64,000 nucleotides of DNA from Deltaproteobacteria bacterium (GTDB lineage Bacteria > UBA10199 > JADGCS01): NCBI GenBank assembly GCA_015228875.1, contig JADGCS010000007.1, positions 1,494-65,493 of the forward strand, read 5' to 3'. Below are positions 1 to 9,197 of this stretch, piece by piece. Numbering within the stretch: the first letter of the stretch is position 1; the number at the start of each line of letters is the position of its first letter. The notes beneath the pieces were generated by a model, which saw only the letters and a program-made list of their open reading frames with translations, made no database searches and was not told where the DNA came from. The position numbers were made by a program, and so were the translations under genes.

Positions 1-2
1 AT

Positions 3-407
3 TTGTTTGACTTAGGTGTCAAAAGGGCCCTCGAAAACAACCTGCACTCTGCAGTCACGCCAAGCACCTACGGATTTGGCAAACTCTTTGAGCATTTTTT
101 GATAACAGAGATTGTTCACCTTAACGAATATTACCGAAGAGATTTTAGATTCTACTATTTGCGGACCCAGAATCAGCTCGAAGTAGATCTCATCATTGAG
201 CGGCCTGGCATGCCAAGGGCCCTCGTTGAAATCAAATCCTCTGATCAGGTCGATGAACGCGATACCAAAACACTTTCTCTTTTTTTGCAGGATATCAAAC
301 CCTCACAGGGTTTTTGCCTTTCTTTAGATCCCAGAGCCAAAAAGATCGGTAACGTCCACTGCCTACATTGGCAAGAGGGGCTCAAAGAAATTGGACTCAT
401 CGATTGA
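3..407 (+). CDS. C-terminal fragment of a DUF4143-type AAA+ ATPase (COG1373-like), truncated at the window start
   Basis: ORF runs from the window edge. The motif pattern (…FRFYYLRTQNQLEVDLIIER…ALVEIKSS) resembles the DUF4143 C-terminal domain of predicted ATPases. Assigned by recall of the family, not by search. Confidence 0.45.
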   Translation: MFDLGVKRALENNLHSAVTPSTYGFGKLFEHFLITEIVHLNEYYRRDFRFYYLRTQNQLEVDLIIERPGMPRALVEIKSSDQVDERDTKTLSLFLQDIKPSQGFCLSLDPRAKKIGNVHCLHWQEGLKEIGLID

Positions 408-659
408 AAACGGTAAAACGGGGTGTCGAGTAGAAGGGAAAAAGGGGACAGGAGCTTGACCAAAATCAAAAAATGACGGAGGTCAATATCATGCAGAATC
501 AAGGATCGCCTCCGACATGCAGGATTATGATGCTAGTCCTCTGTTAATAACGTGATGCCAAGCACCATCATACTCTATGCGTAAGGGCCTAACCATGGTG
601 AAAACAGAGGACTTTTTCTTCCAAAAGTAAAAGTAAAGGTTTGACCCCTTTTTTCTCCC

Positions 660-2762
660 CTACTTCACCGTCACCGTATCCAAAAAAGTTACATCGGCGT
701 TGCCTGCGACCTCGTTGTGCGACAGCACGACCACGGAGGGGATAAACTTGTCCAGGAGATTAAAGATGTGAGGGCGTACGCTCTGTGAACTTAAGATGAC
801 AGGAAAACCATCCGGCGAGGCGTGTTGGGATATTTTGTGTGTGGTACCCTCGATAAATTTTTGTGATGTGACAGGATCGACATGCATCTCGGGACCTGTG
901 TTTGTCATCTGAATCGAGGCGTTGAGTTTGTCCTCTAACGCCTTGTCTATGCCAATCCCCCTGATCCGCCCCTGATGCGTCTTGTAGAGGCTTGTGATCA
1001 TCGGACCAAGGGCCTGACGCACATACTCCGTCAGGTTTGACGCGTCCTTGGTGTGCGTGGCCTCGGAGGCCAAGGTTTCGAGTATGGTCAAAAGATCGCG
1101 TATCGGCACCCTCTCCTTAAGCAGATGCTGCAGGACCTTAAGGACAGTGCCAAACGGTAACAGTTCCGGGATCAGATCGCCAACCACTTTGGGATAGGTT
1201 TTTTTAAATTCATCGAGCAGCAGCTGCAGATCCTGTCTGTTAAATATTTGATGCGCGTATTTTCTGATCACCTCGCTTAAATGCGTGGCGAGAACCGAAC
1301 CAAGATCCACCACCGTGTAGCCGGCAATGATCGCGTCTTCTTTTCTGGTCTCATGCACCCACAGGGCCGGCAGGCCGTATGTGGGTTCTTTTGTGGGAAT
1401 ACCATCGACGGTTCTCATAAGCTTGCCAGACTCCATGGCAAGAAAATGGTTGGGCAAAAGCTCTCCCTTGCCGACAGGGACCGACTTGAGAAGTATCTGA
1501 TACGCATTGCCCTTGAGTTTGAGGTTGTCCTGAATGTGAATCGGCGGGATCACAATCCCCATTTCCTGCGCAAACTGCTTGCGGATCGCCAGGATCCTTT
1601 TCACAAGATCGTTGTTCTGTCGGTTGCTGACAAGCGGGACAAGATCATAACCGACTTCTATCTCAAGAATATCAATCGTTGGCGGCATATCGGCAGAGGC
1701 CTCTTTTTTTCCTTCTTCTGTTTTTTCCAGATGAGGCAATAGTTTTTTCTCGATCGCCTCCTTTTTATTCTGGCGATTAAGAAAATAGGTCAGCATTCCT
1801 ATGAGAAACGAAAGCGTGACAAAGGGAATGGCCGGCAGCCCAGGAATCATCCCCATCAGAAACAAGATGACGCTTACAAGCATCAACGGGCGCAGGGCTG
1901 AAAGAATCTGCTGAAAGAGCTGTGTTTTAAGATCAAATTTTTTGTCGACCTTTGTGACAAGAACCCCTGAAGAAAATGAGATGATCAGCGCCGGGATCTG
2001 GGACACAAGACCGTCTCCAATAGTGAGGATCGTGTAGACACTCAAGGCGTCCTGAAATGACATGCCCTCCTTGAGCATCCCAATGATAAAACCACCGATG
2101 ATGTTGATGGCCGTGATCAGCATACTGGCGATGGCATCACCCTTGACAAACTTTTGCGCCCCATCCATGGAACCGTAAAAATCAGCCTCAGATTGTATTT
2201 CCTGCCGTCGTCTCTTGGCCTCGGACTCATTGATAATCCCGGCATTAAGATCGGCATCGATAGCAAGCTGTTTGCCTGGCATTGCGTCCAAAGTAAAGCG
2301 GGCGCTGACCTCTGATATCCTGCCAGCACCTTTGGTGATCACAACAAAATTGATGATAATGAGGATAAGAAAAATGATAAAGCCGACGATCTCACTCCCC
2401 CCGACCACAAACTGCCCGAAGGCCTGAATCACCCTGCCCGCCGCGATAGAACCTTCCGAGCCATGAAGCAGAATCAGGCGGGTCGATGCCAGGTTAAGGG
2501 CCAGCCGGTACATGGTGGACATGAGCAACACCGTCGGAAAGATGGAGAGTTCAAGCGGTCTTGTGACATAAATGGAGACCAGGAGCATCGTCAGGGAAAA
2601 GCCAATGGAGATGGTCAAAAAAAGATCAAGGATAGAAGCCGGCAGCGGGACAATCATCAGCATGAGAATAGCCACGACCACGATCGCCAGGAGGATATCC
2701 GAGTGCCGTTTTAAAAAACCAAACATGCCCTTGTCGGCGCTGAGTGCTATTGATTGATCCAT
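660..2762 (-). CDS. flhA: Flagellar biosynthesis protein FlhA (export gate)
   Basis: 700 aa. N-terminal polytopic membrane domain plus a cytoplasmic domain. FlhA-family motifs (GAGRISEVSARFTLDAMPGKQLAIDADLNAG). It is the last gene after flhB. Confidence 0.95.
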   Translation of the reverse strand: MDQSIALSADKGMFGFLKRHSDILLAIVVVAILMLMIVPLPASILDLFLTISIGFSLTMLLVSIYVTRPLELSIFPTVLLMSTMYRLALNLASTRLILLHGSEGSIAAGRVIQAFGQFVVGGSEIVGFIIFLILIIINFVVITKGAGRISEVSARFTLDAMPGKQLAIDADLNAGIINESEAKRRRQEIQSEADFYGSMDGAQKFVKGDAIASMLITAINIIGGFIIGMLKEGMSFQDALSVYTILTIGDGLVSQIPALIISFSSGVLVTKVDKKFDLKTQLFQQILSALRPLMLVSVILFLMGMIPGLPAIPFVTLSFLIGMLTYFLNRQNKKEAIEKKLLPHLEKTEEGKKEASADMPPTIDILEIEVGYDLVPLVSNRQNNDLVKRILAIRKQFAQEMGIVIPPIHIQDNLKLKGNAYQILLKSVPVGKGELLPNHFLAMESGKLMRTVDGIPTKEPTYGLPALWVHETRKEDAIIAGYTVVDLGSVLATHLSEVIRKYAHQIFNRQDLQLLLDEFKKTYPKVVGDLIPELLPFGTVLKVLQHLLKERVPIRDLLTILETLASEATHTKDASNLTEYVRQALGPMITSLYKTHQGRIRGIGIDKALEDKLNASIQMTNTGPEMHVDPVTSQKFIEGTTHKISQHASPDGFPVILSSQSVRPHIFNLLDKFIPSVVVLSHNEVAGNADVTFLDTVTVK

Positions 2763-2805
2763 AGTAACAACGAACTGCTTGCGACAGTTCAGTATTTAAA
2801 GCCTA

Positions 2806-3927
2806 TCAGGAAACCCTTGTTGTCTGCGGTAAAACCGTTACGCCTTGTGCCAACTGTCTCTGCCTCTTTTTTTCTTCTTCCATGTTAAATATCGTAGCAA
2901 TAATTTTTGCAACCGCCTGATAGAAGGCCCGCGGAATATCGCGTCCCACCTTGACTTCCCGGTAAAGGGCCCTGGCAAGAGGGGGGCTTTCTACAATGGG
3001 GACTCCATGCTTTTTTGCAATATCCCTGATCCTTCTTGATAAGAGATCCACGCCCTTTGCCGTCACCTTGGGGACCGCCTGCACCCCCCTTTCGTATTTA
3101 AGCGCCACGGCAAAATGCGTGGGGTTGGTGACGATCACGGTGGCTTTGGGCACCTCTCTGTCGATCACGCGCCGCGCACGCTCCCTTTGTATGTCGCGCA
3201 CCCTTTGCCTGATCTCCGGACTCCCCTCGGTGTCTTTATGTTCTTCCCTCACCTCGTGCCGCGTCATCATAAGCCTTTGTCTGTGGCGAAATCTTTGCAC
3301 ATAGTAATCAAGAATCACCACAAAAACCATGAAAATAATGGCATAGATCATGAACCTGAGTGTAATGGACCCATAGAGAGAAAGGGCTGATTCGTACGGT
3401 CTCTTGGCCGAGTAGGCAATCTCGAGATAATAGGGTTTTACAGCAATGTAATAAACAAACATCAGCCCCATGGCCTTTAAAAAATTTTTTATAAAACTGA
3501 TGATGGTCTCCATCGAAAGCAATTTGCTGATACCCTCGATGGGATTCACCTTGTTCAAGTCGGGAGCCGCAGCCTCTGGTCTGGGCTGAACACCCTTTTG
3601 CGAGATATGCCCCAGTATGGGGGCAAGAAAACCCGCAAGCATCACAAGCGCAATGATGGCCAGAATATCATACAATTTTGAATAGACATTTTCGACGGGG
3701 ATGGTGTCGTACTGCCACGGGGCCAGTGTACTTAAAACATGATCGAACAGACCGAACAGGCTGTCATAGATGGAGCTGCCCGCCCAGTAAATCACAGTGA
3801 GTACCGCAACCACCCCGAGAATACTCCCCAGTTCTCTGGTATAAGGGATTTGTCCTTTTTTGGCGGCTTCTTCAAGCCGCTTACTAGTTGGTTCTTCGGT
3901 TTTATTTTGAGCATCATCTTCGGCCAT
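2806..3927 (-). CDS. flhB: Flagellar biosynthesis protein FlhB
   Basis: 373 aa with 4 TM helices and the NPTH autocleavage motif (VIVTNPTHFAVALKY). Sits directly upstream of flhA. Confidence 0.95.
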   Translation of the reverse strand: MAEDDAQNKTEEPTSKRLEEAAKKGQIPYTRELGSILGVVAVLTVIYWAGSSIYDSLFGLFDHVLSTLAPWQYDTIPVENVYSKLYDILAIIALVMLAGFLAPILGHISQKGVQPRPEAAAPDLNKVNPIEGISKLLSMETIISFIKNFLKAMGLMFVYYIAVKPYYLEIAYSAKRPYESALSLYGSITLRFMIYAIIFMVFVVILDYYVQRFRHRQRLMMTRHEVREEHKDTEGSPEIRQRVRDIQRERARRVIDREVPKATVIVTNPTHFAVALKYERGVQAVPKVTAKGVDLLSRRIRDIAKKHGVPIVESPPLARALYREVKVGRDIPRAFYQAVAKIIATIFNMEEEKKRQRQLAQGVTVLPQTTRVS

Positions 3928-3959
3928 AAATTGCCCTTGTTATAAAAAACTGATGAACA

Positions 3960-4069
3960 GGAATTTCAAAGTTGACAGAGCGCGGGTGCATGCCTCGCAA
4001 AATAGCGGCATTCAACCGCGTCCCCCAAGGGGATTTCCTTCGGGGCATCAAAGTCAAGTTAGTAACTTG
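3960..4069 (-). mobile_element. MITE copy 1 (long ~108-bp variant, inverted orientation)
   Basis: GGAATTTCAAAGTTGACAGAGCGCGGGTGC…CCCCAAGGGGATTTCCTTCGGGGC…GTCAAAGTCAAGTTAGTAACTTG. It abuts the fliR stop codon. Confidence 0.8.
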
Positions 4070-4852
4070 TCAGGCCACAACAAGAAAGGATGACAAGTAG
4101 TCCTCAAGGTGTTTAAGCGAGATTCCAAAATAATTCATGATGGTCGGGATGCTGACCGCAAAAAACACCAGAGCAATAACAATATTGAGTGTGATCGCCG
4201 CATTAAAATAAATATTCATCTGCGGTGCCGTGATCTGCACAATCCCCATGGTGAGGTGCGACAGCATGATAATGACAATCACCGGCAAAACGAGACGAAA
4301 AGACATAAAGAAGACAGCGGCAAAAAGTTTAACGAGTCCCGGAAGCACCTCTGTAAAGGACATAAAACCCGCCCCCACGGGGATGGCATCGTAGCTGCCA
4401 ACCAGCATCAGGATCAGGGCATGGTGAATATTGAACATAAAAAAAACAACGAGAAAAAAATTTCTAAGGACGACCGATAAAAGCGAGAGCTGCCCCAGAT
4501 TGGGATCGAAGAAAGTAGCCATCATCAGCCCCGCGTTCATCCCTGTCAGGTGCCCAACCATTGTGGCCATATCCATGACAACGCTGACCGAGAAGCCCAT
4601 GATCACGCCGACAAGAATCTCCGAGCAAACAGCGAGCATGATGTTGATCACCCCTGATGTCATGAGAGGCATGATGTCGTAGGACACAGCGGGGGCAATA
4701 AGAAACGCGATCCCCACAGGCAGAATGACCGTCACCACAATACCAATCTTGACCTCAGAAAATACGGGCAGGCTCATAAACAAGGCCGACAAACGGATAC
4801 TCATCATCACTGCAAACAGAAAATGATTGATGTTGTAATCAAGAATGCTCAT
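4070..4852 (-). CDS. fliR: Flagellar biosynthetic protein FliR
   Basis: 260-aa polytopic membrane protein between fliQ and flhB. FliR-like hydrophobic profile. Confidence 0.9.
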   Translation of the reverse strand: MSILDYNINHFLFAVMMSIRLSALFMSLPVFSEVKIGIVVTVILPVGIAFLIAPAVSYDIMPLMTSGVINIMLAVCSEILVGVIMGFSVSVVMDMATMVGHLTGMNAGLMMATFFDPNLGQLSLLSVVLRNFFLVVFFMFNIHHALILMLVGSYDAIPVGAGFMSFTEVLPGLVKLFAAVFFMSFRLVLPVIVIIMLSHLTMGIVQITAPQMNIYFNAAITLNIVIALVFFAVSIPTIMNYFGISLKHLEDYLSSFLVVA

Positions 4853-5118
4853 TGAATGTATTTATACCCCTCTCCCAAAAACATGTTGGACAGTCTGATG
4901 ATTTCACCAAGCATCCAGGGAGCAAAAAGAATGATCGACAGAAAAATGGCGATAAGTTTGGGGACAAAACTAAAAGTGTACTCATGAATCTGAAAGATGG
5001 CCTGCGCGAGCGACATAAGAACGCCGACCACAAAACTTGCCACAAGGACCGGCGCCGAAATCAACATGGCACTGTACATGGCTTTTTGGGCAATGGTCAT
5101 TACGAGATCTATCGACAT
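4849..5118 (-). CDS. fliQ: Flagellar biosynthetic protein FliQ
   Basis: The ~89-aa core MSIDLVMTIAQKAMYSAMLISAPVL… is typical FliQ. The track ORF extends to 5166, but a start at 5118 fits FliQ length and the fliP stop at 5124. Confidence 0.85.
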   Translation of the reverse strand: MSIDLVMTIAQKAMYSAMLISAPVLVASFVVGVLMSLAQAIFQIHEYTFSFVPKLIAIFLSIILFAPWMLGEIIRLSNMFLGEGYKYIQ

Positions 5119-5123
5119 AATCT

Positions 5124-5897
5124 TTACCTGAAACTCCTGATTAAAGATGTCACCACAAGATCCCACCCGTTCACCACCACAAAAAGCATCACCTTAAACG
5201 GCAGTGAAATGATCACGGGCGGCAAAACCATCATCCCCATGGATAAGAGAATCATGGCCACAATCATATCCATCACCACAAACGGGATATAGAGCATAAA
5301 ACCTATCTGAAAGGCCGTTTTTAATTCTGAGATCACAAACGCCGGGATCAAGACCATTGTGGGCAGGTCTTCAAACTTTTCGACAGGACCCGCCTTTGAA
5401 ATCTGCAGCATTAGATTCACGTCGCTGGTCCTTGTCTGCCTGAACATAAAGTTTCTTAAGGGTGCTTCAACCCTCTTAAACGCCACCTCCTCGCTAATCT
5501 GCCCGTCAAGATAAGGCTTGATGCCGTTTTTGTTCATCTCGGTAAAGACGGGGGTCATGATGGCAAAGGTCATAAAAAGCGAAAGACCGATAAGAATCTG
5601 GTTGGGAGGGGCCTGATGCAGACCAATGGCCTGCCTTAAAAAAGAAAATACGATAATGATCCTTGTAAAAGAGGTCAGACTGATAAACAGGGCCGGCAAA
5701 AAAGTAAGAAAGGTGACAATGAGAAGGATTTTGATGGGGGTGGCAAGCCCCTGAGTCTGATCAAGCGGGATATTGATGCTGATTGCATTTCCGGGAGCGG
5801 CGCTTTGGGCCTGCGCCATTGCCTGATCGGAACACAAGACCACGGCCAGAGGCACAAAAAATAATAAAAACAAAATGAGCCCTTTGTTTATCTGCAT
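5124..5897 (-). CDS. fliP: Flagellar biosynthetic protein FliP
   Basis: 257 aa with a signal peptide and FliP family motifs (LIVTFLTFLPALFISLTSFTRIIIVFSFLRQA, MGMMVLPP). Confidence 0.95.
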   Translation of the reverse strand: MQINKGLILFLLFFVPLAVVLCSDQAMAQAQSAAPGNAISINIPLDQTQGLATPIKILLIVTFLTFLPALFISLTSFTRIIIVFSFLRQAIGLHQAPPNQILIGLSLFMTFAIMTPVFTEMNKNGIKPYLDGQISEEVAFKRVEAPLRNFMFRQTRTSDVNLMLQISKAGPVEKFEDLPTMVLIPAFVISELKTAFQIGFMLYIPFVVMDMIVAMILLSMGMMVLPPVIISLPFKVMLFVVVNGWDLVVTSLIRSFR

Positions 5898-5926
5898 TTT
5901 GCTCCCTGTTTTTTTATTGATGGACT

Positions 5927-6862
5927 TTACGCAAGTTTTTTCAAGCCTTTGAGCTTTTCCCTTACCCTCATTGCGGCCGAGGCCTGTTCCCCGCTTAAAG
6001 TTGTCCCGTCTGCACCGGCGGGTTGATCTGTGCCTGAAGCTGAAGTCTTGTCTGCAACTGCCCTCGACACATATTTTTTTTCTGCAATTGAACCAAACTC
6101 TACCTCCCCGCTGCTGGCGTAGAAATCGATATCAGCCAGAAGACTGATGTTGGACTCGGTGGCACCCACCAGATATTTTTTTCCCAAGGCATCCACAATG
6201 AGTACCCTTGATTTGGGACTGATCATTTGTTGAGCGATAATTTTGAGTTCGGCACCTTTACCACCCATAAGAAGTCCGCCAGATTTTTTCTGCAGCCATT
6301 TCCATAACAGGGCAAGCAGAACAACAACGACACCAAGCGCCAGTGTGGTGAACATCATTTTCATGAACATGGGGTTAAAGCTGCTCTTGGGCACTTCGCC
6401 GAGCACCACAGTGTTTAAGGGCATCTGCGGTTTTTCTCCGAGTTTGACGCCGTTTTTTAAGTCCTCCTTGACGATAAAATCTGTTTTTTCAGGAAAATCG
6501 TTTTTGACCATTGAATTAAACACCGCGTCTTCTTTGGAGGGTTCTTGTGCCGCTTCGTCGTGGGAGCCTTCGATAGCAGAATCTGCACTTTCTTCGTCAT
6601 CGACAGGTTTTTCTGTATCTGTCCCGGCCGCTTCGACAGGTTTTTCTGCGGACTCGTCTGCTGTGGCCCGTGTGTCTTTATTTACAATCTTGGTCTTGGT
6701 CTGTATGGCCCTGGCAACGGTCATGACCGGTTGTGACAAAGAATCCTGTGTGACAGCCGCGTGCGCAGAAGATGCTGCGGCGAAAACACGGGTTCCGGTA
6801 AAAACCAGAAGAAAAGCCACACAAAAAAACACTGCCAAAACACCTGTCTTTGCTTTTGTCAT
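5927..6862 (-). CDS. fliO: FliO/FliZ-like flagellar protein with a long acidic N-terminal extension
   Basis: The C-terminal ~120 aa have one TM helix plus a FliO-like segment (LKIIAQQMISPKSRVLIVDALGKKYLVGATESNISLL). Position between fliN and fliP is as in fla operons. Confidence 0.6.
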   Translation of the reverse strand: MTKAKTGVLAVFFCVAFLLVFTGTRVFAAASSAHAAVTQDSLSQPVMTVARAIQTKTKIVNKDTRATADESAEKPVEAAGTDTEKPVDDEESADSAIEGSHDEAAQEPSKEDAVFNSMVKNDFPEKTDFIVKEDLKNGVKLGEKPQMPLNTVVLGEVPKSSFNPMFMKMMFTTLALGVVVVLLALLWKWLQKKSGGLLMGGKGAELKIIAQQMISPKSRVLIVDALGKKYLVGATESNISLLADIDFYASSGEVEFGSIAEKKYVSRAVADKTSASGTDQPAGADGTTLSGEQASAAMRVREKLKGLKKLA

Positions 6863-6944
6863 AATTTTTTTCTCCCCTTTTTGCCGCCCTCTTTGACCGG
6901 CAGACCACCCCCTAAAATGATGGGGTTAAAATTTCCCGTATGAA

Positions 6945-7313
6945 TTATTCTGGCAACACCGGGGCGGAAACCACCTCTACCACCTTTAGCCCAAGACGAT
7001 CATGCATCATGACAACCTCACCCCTTGCCACTATTTTTCCGTTAACCATTAAATCAAAAGGCTCCGAGGCCTTTTTGCCAATATCGATTACAGAACCGGG
7101 ACCACAGCTTAAGAGTTCTTTAATGCTGAGCTTGACACTCCCTAAAAGCACGTCAACCCTTACCGGCAGCTCCTGCAAATATGCGGGAATAACAGGATTA
7201 CCGCCGGTTTTTTTTGCTGCGTCTGCCCCTTGCAGGGCGGGAATGGCGGGCCCATTCTGAACAGATTGTTCCGTGTTGTCTGCCTTGGTTTGTCCGCTGT
7301 TTTCCTCGGCCAT
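6945..7313 (-). CDS. fliN: Flagellar motor switch protein FliN
   Basis: 122 aa. SpoA/FliN C-terminal domain (VRVDVLLGSVKLSIKELLSCGPGSVIDIGKKASEPFDLMVNGKIVARGEVV). Confidence 0.9.
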   Translation of the reverse strand: MAEENSGQTKADNTEQSVQNGPAIPALQGADAAKKTGGNPVIPAYLQELPVRVDVLLGSVKLSIKELLSCGPGSVIDIGKKASEPFDLMVNGKIVARGEVVMMHDRLGLKVVEVVSAPVLPE

Positions 7314-7340
7314 AAAAGCTCCTCTTTTTAATACATTTTT

Positions 7341-8288
7341 TTAATACATTAATTCTTCAACACGCACGGCGAAGTTGCCATCTACAACACCGATGGTCCC
7401 TTTAACAACGGGCTTGTCGTACTGGTACACTGTGACCTGCGGGCTTGTCTTGTCCCAGGAAAAAACCTCACCGGCCTTGAGATTAAGAAAGCGGTCAAAA
7501 GGGATGCTGATCTGACCCAACGAGACATTAAGGTCCAGATCTGACGAATAAAATGCGTTGGTCACCGCCGCTTGCCAGAGCGGGTCATCCTGGCGGCCCG
7601 CAACGTGGGTCCTTTCGGCCGCCTTTTCTTCGAGATAACTGGCAAATGTCAGGGGAATCGCCAACGAAAATTTAAAGCTGTCCTTTTCTTTTTCGGTCAC
7701 CAACTCAACCACCAGATGTTTTGTGTAAAGCTCTTTGTCCTGGTCTTCAATGGCAAATTCTGTGTTGACCAGCTTGAGATCCAGTTTGCCAAGATAGGCA
7801 AAGGATCTGGTGATATGCAGACAGATTTTTTCCATGATCTGTTTTAAAAAATATTGTTCAATCTCTGTGAGGATCTCATTTTCTTTATGGCTCTCCGCAT
7901 TTTCTCCGCCCAGATAATCGTTGAGGAGAAAGTAAAAGGTCTCAATGCTCATGTAGACCAAAAAGGATTCTTTTATGAGCTCTGTTGTGAGTTGAGAACA
8001 AAAACAATTTTCCCGGAATTGGTATTCAGCAAGGTTTTCGACCTGCTCTTTTTCTCTTTGAATGGCACAGTCTTCGAAATAATTTAGTTTCCAGTCTTTT
8101 TCGATGGAGTCTGTTAGTTTTTCCAGCCCCTTTTCAAACACCGCAAGATCAAGCGTTTTTTTCTTTTTTTGCTCGAAATCAAACCGTTTGAAATGACCCT
8201 TAAAGACACGGCTTGCGGCGCTGATGTCCATCGCCCCGGTCTCCCGAAGAATATCATCAAGAACATTCTGTGGTAATAAGTCTTTCAT
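7341..8288 (-). CDS. fliM: Flagellar motor switch protein FliM
   Basis: 315 aa. FliM middle domain plus a C-terminal FliN-like SpoA domain (KAGEVFSWDKTS…VVDGNFAVRVEEL). Sits between fliL and fliN. Confidence 0.85.
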   Translation of the reverse strand: MKDLLPQNVLDDILRETGAMDISAASRVFKGHFKRFDFEQKKKKTLDLAVFEKGLEKLTDSIEKDWKLNYFEDCAIQREKEQVENLAEYQFRENCFCSQLTTELIKESFLVYMSIETFYFLLNDYLGGENAESHKENEILTEIEQYFLKQIMEKICLHITRSFAYLGKLDLKLVNTEFAIEDQDKELYTKHLVVELVTEKEKDSFKFSLAIPLTFASYLEEKAAERTHVAGRQDDPLWQAAVTNAFYSSDLDLNVSLGQISIPFDRFLNLKAGEVFSWDKTSPQVTVYQYDKPVVKGTIGVVDGNFAVRVEELMY

Positions 8289-8314
8289 ATGATTCTGCCA
8301 GCAATTTTTTCCCG

Positions 8315-8422
8315 CAAGTTACTAACTTGACTTTGATGCCCCGAAGGAAATCCCCTTGGGGGACGCGGTTGAATTACTCCATTTTGCGAGGAAAGCACCC
8401 GCGCTCTGTCGACTTTGATTCC
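8315..8422 (+). mobile_element. MITE copy 2 (long variant) in the fliM-fliL intergenic region
   Basis: CAAGTTACTAACTTGACTTTGATGCCCCGAAGGAAATCCCCTTGGGGGACGCGGTTGAAT…GCACCCGCGCTCTGTCGACTTTGATTCC. Confidence 0.8.
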
Positions 8423-8477
8423 TATACATCGAGTTACAGGTCAAACCACTGAAGCGGACAGCGTAAAGCGTCCCTCA

Positions 8478-9041
8478 TCATTGAATCGTGAACTCCGTAA
8501 AATAAATACTGAGCACCTTGCCCTTGCCCAGAATCTTGTTGACCGTTTTGACTAAATTTTCCTTAAGAAGATTTTGTGATTGATTGTCCAGGAGCTCGCG
8601 TAGTGTAAAATCGCTCAACACAAAGATCATCGCATCCCTGAGTTGTGGATTTCTGACCGCGATTTCTTCTTTAATGCTCTCGCTCGCAAGTTCGAGCGAC
8701 AACACGACTTTAAGATAATGAACCTTTTCACGGTCAAAGATGCTCACAATAAAGGGATCGTAATTGTGAAAGATTCCGGAATGCCCCCCTTCGAGCATCT
8801 CCTGTGTTGCCACGGATGCCTCTTGCGCACCCGCTTGCTGGGCCGCATCTGCCCCTGCCTCTTCGGGCAAAGGCCCCTGCTTTGGGCTGATAACAAAGGC
8901 AAAGACCAGACCGACCACTGCCGCTGTGACTGCCGAAGTGATGACAGGGATAAGCAGGGCCTTGATCTTGGATTCTTTTTTTTCTTCTTCTTCGCCTTCT
9001 TCTGCTGCAGCCGCACCTTTTTCTGGTTCTTTTTCTGCCAT
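8478..9041 (-). CDS. fliL: Flagellar basal body-associated protein FliL
   Basis: 187 aa. Acidic N-terminus, a single TM helix, and a FliL C-terminal domain (…VLSDFTLRELLD…KVLSIYFTEFTIQ). Confidence 0.85.
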   Translation of the reverse strand: MAEKEPEKGAAAAEEGEEEEKKESKIKALLIPVITSAVTAAVVGLVFAFVISPKQGPLPEEAGADAAQQAGAQEASVATQEMLEGGHSGIFHNYDPFIVSIFDREKVHYLKVVLSLELASESIKEEIAVRNPQLRDAMIFVLSDFTLRELLDNQSQNLLKENLVKTVNKILGKGKVLSIYFTEFTIQ

Positions 9042-9137
9042 AACAACTCCTTTTATTTACCCTTTGGTTTCTCCCTTACCATGTCAGAGTCAAAATTTCA
9101 GCAAAAACTGTCAAAATTTACACCTTTTGCCCTAAAG

Positions 9138-9170
9138 AAAAAAAGCGCCTTGTCGAGTGGCGCTTTTTAT
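9138..9170. terminator. Bidirectional Rho-independent terminator between flgE and fliL
   Basis: AAAAAAA-AGCGCC-ttgtcgagt-GGCGCT-TTTTT: a 6-bp GC stem flanked by an A-run and a T-run. Confidence 0.6.
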
Positions 9171-9197
9171 ATTGATGTTTATTTATCGGCACTCAAG

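Noticed and set aside
1281-1742. 153-aa plus-strand ORF
   Set aside because: It lies entirely antisense within flhA, has no RBS or family signal, and shows the typical shadow-ORF composition.
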